Source: an uncultured cyanobacterium (GTDB lineage: Bacteria; Cyanobacteriota; Cyanobacteriia; Cyanobacteriales; Nostocaceae). Taken from it: a DNA stretch of 64,000 nucleotides. Shown here piece after piece: positions 58,128 to 64,000 of this stretch. The stretch covers positions 224,001 through 288,000 of the forward strand of contig CAVUDP010000001.1 in assembly GCA_963740315.1 (NCBI GenBank), given 5' to 3'. Position 1 is the stretch's first letter; the number at the start of each line of letters is the position of its first letter. The notes under the pieces were generated by a model. That model had not been told where the DNA came from. It saw nothing but the letters and a program-made list of their open reading frames with translations, and did no database searches. A program made the position numbers and the translations under genes.

Positions 58128-58133
58128 ATGTTA

Positions 58134-58188
58134 AGTAGATGCACCCTGATGATCTGGAGAGCTACCAAGTGGCTCTCCGTTTTTTTTT
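58134..58188 (+). ncRNA. Putative sRNA, copy 1 of 4
   Basis: AGTAGATGCACCCTGATG then GGAGAGCTAC-CAA-GTGGCTCTCC hairpin and T run. Confidence 0.75.
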
Positions 58189-58317
58189 GGAAATTTAATT
58201 TTATTCGTATAATAGCCCTTTCCAGGCTTTTAATTTAATTCTTCAAAAGAATATTTACAATAAAAAAATTTTACAAAGGGGTATAATCCCTCATGCCACA
58301 AATGGTAAAATATGATA

Positions 58318-58366
58318 ATCAGATGCACCCTGATGTTAGAGAGCTATGTAAGTGGCTCTCTTTTTT
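58318..58366 (+). ncRNA. Putative sRNA, copy 2 of 4
   Basis: AGATGCACCCTGATG then AGAGAGCTAT-GTAA-GTGGCTCTCT hairpin and T run. Confidence 0.7.
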
Positions 58367-58462
58367 ATTTTTTCATATTAAATCGTTACTTCTTCGTAAA
58401 AATTTCATCTAAATCTAAATAAGGGGTCTAGCCCCCTGGGCAGATAGTGATATACTGTGTTA

Positions 58463-58515
58463 AGTAGATGCACCCTGATGATCCGGAGAGCTACCCAAGT
58501 GGCTCTCTTTTTTTT
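58463..58515 (+). ncRNA. Putative sRNA, copy 3 of 4
   Basis: AGTAGATGCACCCTGATG then GAGAGCTAC-CCAA-GTGGCTCTC hairpin and T run. Confidence 0.75.
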
Positions 58516-58632
58516 GTCTTTTTATTATTTCTAGATAATAATACTGTGAAGCAATCAATTTCTTTACTAAAACTTAATCTAAATTTAACTGAGGGGTTAA
58601 GCCCCCTGGGCAAATAGTGATATACTATGTTA

Positions 58633-58687
58633 AGTAGATGCACCCTGATGATCCGGAGAGCTACCTAAGTGGCTCTCTCTTTTTTTT
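58633..58687 (+). ncRNA. Putative sRNA, copy 4 of 4
   Basis: AGTAGATGCACCCTGATG then GAGAGCTAC-CTAA-GTGGCTCTC hairpin and T run. Confidence 0.75.
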
Positions 58688-58705
58688 GAGTATTTATACG
58701 ATATC

Positions 58706-58941
58706 AGGTCAAAGGTTAAAGTTTAAAGGTTAAAGGTTAAAGGTTAAAGGTCAAAGGTTAAAGGTCAAAGGTAATTAAGTAATTAAATTAATAACTGCTA
58801 ACTCCCCATCTCCCCAAAGGTTACTGAGCAGTTCGACGTAGCTCACTGTAAGACTTGTCGAAGTACTCCCCATCCCCCCATCTCTTAATCTCCCCATCCC
58901 CCCATCTCTTAATCTCCCCATCTCCCCATCTCCCCAATCCC
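58706..58941. repeat. STRR tracts (AAAGGTT/AAAGGTC)n and (CCCCATC)n
   Basis: Heptamer runs between the sRNA array and argJ. Confidence 0.8.
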
Positions 58942-59039
58942 GAATACGCATTAATAACTAATAAGTTACCATTAACTGTTAACTAATAATTGATATAATC
59001 CCCTACTATTGCGGCGATAAAAAATGCAGGGGAAGAAGA

Positions 59040-60353
59040 ATGAGTGACTGGCGGGAAATAAGTGGCGGTGTGACAGCACCTAGAGGATATAAAGCGGCTG
59101 GAATTGCTGCTGGGCTGAAGCCTTCGGGTGCTGCTGATTTAGCATTGATTGTTTCAGATGTAGAGGCGATCGCCGCAGGTGTGTTTACAATGTCGCAGGT
59201 AACTGCGGCTTGTGTTGATTATTGTCGTCAGCGATTGTTATCGTCTACCAGTGCCCGTGCAATTCTCTGCAATGCCGGACAGGCTAACGCTTCTACGGGC
59301 GATCGAGGCTGGTTGGATGCCCTGGAAACTGCGATGATGTTGGGGCAAGCCCTTAATATTTCTTCAAAGTCGGTGTTGCTGGCTTCAACTGGGGTAATTG
59401 GGCAAAGAATGAAGATGGATGCTTTTAAAGCAGGTATCCCTAAATTAGTGGAAGCACTTTCGGAAACTGGTTCCGATGCAGCAGCAAAGGCAATAATTAC
59501 AACTGATTTAGTTACAAAATCGATCGCGCTAGAAACAACTATACACGATCGACCTGTAAGAATCGGCGGAATCAGCAAAGGATCGGGAATGATACATCCG
59601 AACATGGCGACAATGTTGGCGTTTGTGACTTGCGATGCTGCGGTTTCGCCTAAATTGTGGCAAGAAATGCTCAGTCGCGCTGCTGACAAGAGTTTCAATG
59701 CAATTACCGTAGATGGGGATACCAGTACCAACGATAGTTTAATCGCTTTAGCTAACGGACAATCGCGCACCCCAGCGATTACTGAAATGACTGCCGAAGC
59801 CAAAAAATTGGAAGCAATGTTAACCGCAGTTTGTCAACATTTAGCAAAGGCGATCGCACGCGATGGTGAAGGTGCAACTTGTTTGATAGAAGTGCAAGTC
59901 AGCGGCGCAGTGAATGAAAAAGCAGCCGTGCAAATTGCGAAAACCATTGCAGGCTCGTCATTAGTGAAATCTGCAATCTTTGGCAGAGATCCAAATTGGG
60001 GAAGAATTGCTGCTGCGGCTGGGCGTGCGGGGGTACCATTTGAGCAAAGCGATTTAAGAATTCAGATGGGAGATTTTTTATTAATGGAAAAAGGACAACC
60101 CCTTGAGTTCGATCGAAAATCAGCAAGCGCATATTTAAAGGAAACAGCAGCAGAATCTTCTTTACCAAAAGATTTTGTGGCAACTAATAATAGTAACGAT
60201 TTGACTGTCGATCGCACTAAGGTAAATACGCAAAGGGTAGATAATCCGGTAATTATTCAAGTAAGTGTTGGAAATGGCGCGGGTGAAGGGAAAGCTTGGG
60301 GATGCGACTTGAGTTACGATTACGTGAAAATTAATGCCGAGTATACAACGTAG
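59040..60353 (+). CDS. argJ: Bifunctional ornithine acetyltransferase/N-acetylglutamate synthase
   Basis: KGSGMIHPNMATML autocleavage motif, DGDTSTND, ARDGEGAT, WGCDLSYDYVKINAEYTT. Confidence 0.97.
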   Translation: MSDWREISGGVTAPRGYKAAGIAAGLKPSGAADLALIVSDVEAIAAGVFTMSQVTAACVDYCRQRLLSSTSARAILCNAGQANASTGDRGWLDALETAMMLGQALNISSKSVLLASTGVIGQRMKMDAFKAGIPKLVEALSETGSDAAAKAIITTDLVTKSIALETTIHDRPVRIGGISKGSGMIHPNMATMLAFVTCDAAVSPKLWQEMLSRAADKSFNAITVDGDTSTNDSLIALANGQSRTPAITEMTAEAKKLEAMLTAVCQHLAKAIARDGEGATCLIEVQVSGAVNEKAAVQIAKTIAGSSLVKSAIFGRDPNWGRIAAAAGRAGVPFEQSDLRIQMGDFLLMEKGQPLEFDRKSASAYLKETAAESSLPKDFVATNNSNDLTVDRTKVNTQRVDNPVIIQVSVGNGAGEGKAWGCDLSYDYVKINAEYTT

Positions 60354-60467
60354 GTATATAGCATAGCGTGGCGCATCTTCGCCATGCTAACTACCTAATT
60401 CATATATGTGCTTTTTTTTATGTAGCTTCAGGCTTTAGCCTGAGAACAGTTGGGATTTTAAAATACC

Positions 60468-61739
60468 CTAAGCATCTTTTATGTAAACAACTTTAACGTC
60501 GCTGTTTTCTACTTTATCGCCTTCGTAATTACCTTGAATGTGCTTTGCTTTGGTTACTTTCTCAATTGCTACAACACTGAATGTACTATCTTTGAGTTCT
60601 TTAACTCGTGCTTCACCTTCAATACGTAGCTCATCAGCTGTCTTTGATTCTTTTTGGCTTAGTTTGGGGAAAATAATTCCATCATCAGAACGCATATATA
60701 GGACGGGTACACCCCATTCAAATCGTTCGTTTGACTGACGGTACATTTCTAACCGTCCTAGAGATACTGCTTCGTCAATAGACAACCCAGATGCAAGTGC
60801 AGTGTAAAATCGCTTGCTGAAGACTATTGCGTCATCATCTCGAACATTATACTGCATTGCGACTACTGCTGGTATACCCTCTTTCATTAAAGCTGGTGCT
60901 ATCCCAGTCCAAGGAGAAACTCCATCACGACGACCCGATTCACATGCTCCCAAAACAGCAACTTTTACACCAGCCATTTGCAATTGTTTCGCCAAATGAT
61001 TCGCTGGTAAGTATTCTGGCTGCTTTTGTTTATTGAGCAAGACAAGATTTCCCATACCCTTGAATTCTTCAGTATTTGAGTAATTTTCTTCCTCTTTAAA
61101 CCCACCATGACCTGCAAAGTGGAAAAGGTCTGCTTTTTTATCCAGTGCAGAATTTAACTCATCAACTGTGGGATTTTTGATGAAAGGTTCCTTATTTAGA
61201 GTAACCCCATCCACATTAAATTCATCTAATGCCTTTTCTATAACTTCTTGCTCAACATCCAAATTAAGGTCATTCCAAGGGTTTGCTGTCACTGCAAGTA
61301 GGCGTAATGATTCTTGATTATCTTTCTTAATTGGATTTGTAGAAGTAGTAGTTGATTCATATCGCACCATTGAGTATTTTGGGTTCAACACCAGGAAGTT
61401 GTCATAACTATCATCTTCATTTTCCTGGGGAAGATAGCAAAACTCCCAAGGTATTTGAGCAAGTTTTATATCCTTTATTACTAAACGAAGGCGAACACCA
61501 CCTTCTGAACCTGCTCTCTCAATTGCCTTTTGGAATAAATTGCTAATTTCTCCTGGTGGAAGCAATCGAATTGTTAGCTGTTTACCCAATTCAATTAGTT
61601 CTTGTGGTGATAAACGTTTGCGTTCGAGTTTGCTAAGTTGGTTTTCCATTCCTTCAACTGAAACTGTTACGGCTTCACGAGTTTCACCAACTTCTGAGAA
61701 GGGAACAGATACTTTGAATGTTTGGTTGGATTCAATCAT
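60468..61739 (-). CDS. CHAT domain (caspase/HetF-like) protein with a beta-rich C-terminal tail
   Basis: LRLVI..IPWE, FHFAGHGG (His), VLGACES (Cys), AVVAMQ, WGVPVLY. Confidence 0.9.
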   Translation of the reverse strand: MIESNQTFKVSVPFSEVGETREAVTVSVEGMENQLSKLERKRLSPQELIELGKQLTIRLLPPGEISNLFQKAIERAGSEGGVRLRLVIKDIKLAQIPWEFCYLPQENEDDSYDNFLVLNPKYSMVRYESTTTSTNPIKKDNQESLRLLAVTANPWNDLNLDVEQEVIEKALDEFNVDGVTLNKEPFIKNPTVDELNSALDKKADLFHFAGHGGFKEEENYSNTEEFKGMGNLVLLNKQKQPEYLPANHLAKQLQMAGVKVAVLGACESGRRDGVSPWTGIAPALMKEGIPAVVAMQYNVRDDDAIVFSKRFYTALASGLSIDEAVSLGRLEMYRQSNERFEWGVPVLYMRSDDGIIFPKLSQKESKTADELRIEGEARVKELKDSTFSVVAIEKVTKAKHIQGNYEGDKVENSDVKVVYIKDA

Positions 61740-61941
61740 AATCTCGCAATTCGAGATTGAAATTTACGTAGTGGCGATTTTTTACCATGATTGGCTCCTT
61801 TTTTAGTCTTAATTTAATCCCTTACCCGTGTAATATTACCTATTTATATCTAGGATTATTCAAGCATTTGCGCTTATTACAATCGGTATTCTTTGGAGGG
61901 AAGGGAGTAGGTTAATTATTTAAATACTTCTGATAATAAAC

Positions 61942-62448
61942 TCATTTATTATTTTCAATACCTCTGAGAATAAACTCATCTATTATTTGATTCTTTTCAT
62001 CCACAATGGTATATATATTCTCTCCTGACTGGACTTGGAATACTTTACTCTGTGAACCTGGAGCTTGGCTTATTCGAGCAACCTCCTCCTGATAGTTCAA
62101 TAGAATTTTATAAAAAGCATCACTTGTACCGCTATTATTTTTAGAGATAATAACAAAACTTGTTCCTACATTGCCTCCAAATCTTTCTCTTTTCACCTCA
62201 TCACTATCTCCAACTCCAAATTTCGCTGGTGTTTTCCCATCATTTCTTGCCGGTTCCACCAAAGATAGAGCTTGAACTGGAGGTAATAGCTCTGTCGTGA
62301 TATTTTCCCGAAAAATAACTCCAGTTAATGTTGTAATAAAGACTAGTGAAAATATCTGAATATTTCTATTGAAACTGACTAATAAACACTTGATGATTTT
62401 GCAATCAAATTCCATTTTTAACAACTCCAATTTTCTATCACTTCCCAT
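61942..62448 (-). CDS. Hypothetical protein, possibly exported
   Basis: 168-aa ORF with hydrophobic segment near the N-terminus; start uncertain. Confidence 0.55.
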   Translation of the reverse strand: MGSDRKLELLKMEFDCKIIKCLLVSFNRNIQIFSLVFITTLTGVIFRENITTELLPPVQALSLVEPARNDGKTPAKFGVGDSDEVKRERFGGNVGTSFVIISKNNSGTSDAFYKILLNYQEEVARISQAPGSQSKVFQVQSGENIYTIVDEKNQIIDEFILRGIENNK

Positions 62449-62631
62449 TGATGTAGCAATAGGGTTTCATTAAGCATTTTTGCCGAACGTATTAAGCAAC
62501 ATCACAACCCAACAAAACTTGATAAATATTGGGTTTTATTTCTTAACCTAACCGACGTCACTGTTGAGACTTAGATTTAACCGAACAGTATTAATTGAAC
62601 ATATTTTAAGACTTTAAGCGAAGATTATCTT

Positions 62632-63315
62632 TTAACTACTCTTCTTTTTTCGCCCTGAAATGTCGTACAGCTTTAACCGTTGATTATCTTGATATACTCT
62701 TTTTCTTGTTCGTTCTGAACAATCTAACAAAGGTTCGGCACCTGTCATATCGCAAAAATGACTAGCAGGTACCCATAACCTTAGATTTGGTTTTGCTAAT
62801 TGAGTATTGTTCTGTCTCTCATAGTTTTCGAAACCTTTATTCCATGTTCTGTCACCTTTAACAATCTGTTTTAGACTACACCAGCCATCATTCCTACACA
62901 AATTCAACAGAACTACTGTGGTTGGAAGCAGATAGTAATTGTCGTCGTGCAATCTTTTGTAGTCAAGCTTACCAACACCATTAATTTGTCTTTCAACTAT
63001 TGATTTATTGGGGCTATCTTCTATGAATAGTTCTACCTGTTCAAAATATGTTGATAGACTTCTTTCTTTACGAAGAATTAGAATATCCTTAGACTCTAAT
63101 TCGTTAAGTCTCATAACAGCTGGAAACTCTGCGTAAGCACGGTTATCAAATGTACCTAATATTGGAATTGCTACAAACGATGAAAGTAAACAACTCGCAG
63201 CTATTTTCAATGACTTCATATTGAACCTTTTAGATAAAAACATTTTCTTGGTAGGTAGATTGTTGTTAGAATCTTGATTTAATTTAGGGGAATAAGTATA
63301 ATTATTTTTTTCCAT
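62632..63315 (-). CDS. Hypothetical secreted protein
   Basis: AAGGAG RBS before 63315; signal-like segment ending RAYA; four Cys in the mature part. Confidence 0.7.
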   Translation of the reverse strand: MEKNNYTYSPKLNQDSNNNLPTKKMFLSKRFNMKSLKIAASCLLSSFVAIPILGTFDNRAYAEFPAVMRLNELESKDILILRKERSLSTYFEQVELFIEDSPNKSIVERQINGVGKLDYKRLHDDNYYLLPTTVVLLNLCRNDGWCSLKQIVKGDRTWNKGFENYERQNNTQLAKPNLRLWVPASHFCDMTGAEPLLDCSERTRKRVYQDNQRLKLYDISGRKKKSS

Positions 63316-63343
63316 TTTAGTTACTCCTTTTTACTTAGTTAAT

Positions 63344-64000
63344 TTAATTGAGCTTGGCACTGACAATACGAATAATATAGGTTTTGACTTTTTCTTCAAA
63401 CTGTTTGCTTTGGGGAATATTGCTTGAAAGAATAGTAATAGCTTCCTGAATACAAGCTTCAAGGTGTTCGACTTCTTTAGGAAGAAGAGAAAAGTCATCC
63501 CTGCTGTCAGTAAATTTGTCATAGATATTATCCCAATATGGATAAGTCCATCCAAGAATACGTATTGTCTCCTGAAAAATATTTACTAATATTTTCGAGT
63601 CTAATTCCTTAAAAGCAGGTGTCCAGCTTGCTAAGTTACCTAAAAATTGATTTGGGGTTTCTTGTAGTCCAAGAGTGTTTAAAGCCTCCTTGAAGCGTTT
63701 AACATGAACCCAGTATTTTGCGAGTATACTCAGGGCTATTTCCTCTTGCCAATTTTGTAATACTGTTTCTTGTTCCAAATCCTTGAGAAGGAATGCTCTT
63801 AATGCCTCTATTTGTCTTTGTTCTTGAGAACTCTCTTGTACATCATCCTTAATCCCAGATGAAAGTTCGACTTTTTTGCACAAATCATCTAACTCTGTCC
63901 CAGTCTCTTTCAATCTCTTGTCCTGCTTGTGCCACTTTGTATTCGTTATTGCAGATTGTAAGCGCTTCCTGGGTAAAGCCTGCCAGATTTAGAACTGCTG
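63344..64000 (-). CDS. C-terminal part of a larger helical-repeat protein, probably entering from beyond the window via a frameshift near 63890
   Basis: ORF 63344-63913 has only a TTG start; another frame open from the window edge reads AVLNLAGFTQEALTICNNEYKVAQAGQEIERDWDRV and would join DDLCKK after a 1-nt shift. Confidence 0.55.

Noticed and set aside
58482..58657. TCCGGA (DIF1-like) hexamers in sRNA copies 3 and 4
   Set aside because: Inside the transcribed region at the terminator base, not at -35, and absent from copies 1 and 2
58092..58687. Alternative reading as a CRISPR array or small-peptide genes
   Set aside because: Irregular 145-184 bp period, each unit has promoter and terminator, and the ATG in the seed hits TGA after three codons (ATG CAC CCT GAT continues only into the terminator, no RBS)

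Overview
AT-rich chromosomal segment of a filamentous, probably heterocyst-forming cyanobacterium (Nostocales/Rivulariaceae-like; inferred from abundant HIP1 GCGATCGC, heptamer STRR tracts and gene content). Housekeeping genes (thrC, ileS, glyS, murD, gatB, argJ, acyP, pxcA) alternate with accessory blocks. These include an SLH/OprB porin, three glycosyltransferases, an OCP2-type orange carotenoid protein, a frameshifted katG and a MazEF pair. There is also a 25-repeat CRISPR array and a separate 2-repeat mini-array (no cas genes in the window), a vanadium haloperoxidase-like protein, and a NotI-like restriction-modification cassette with a HEPN-motif gene. Three candidates stand out. (1) Between gatB and argJ lie four tandem ~50-55 nt sRNA genes, each with a HetR-type palindrome over the -35 region, an extended -10, an invariant NsiR1-like seed and its own terminator. 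(2) A CHAT (caspase-like) protease has a C-terminus of two charge-complementary 28-aa pseudo-repeats reminiscent of HET-s-type amyloid signalling motifs. (3) A three-gene RcaD-like / ATPase / exonuclease-Cas4-like nuclease-FtsK operon looks like a DNA-processing defence module. Small palindromic and MITE elements are dense, are nested in places, and have entered coding sequences. All family calls are from motif recognition by eye; no database search was run.
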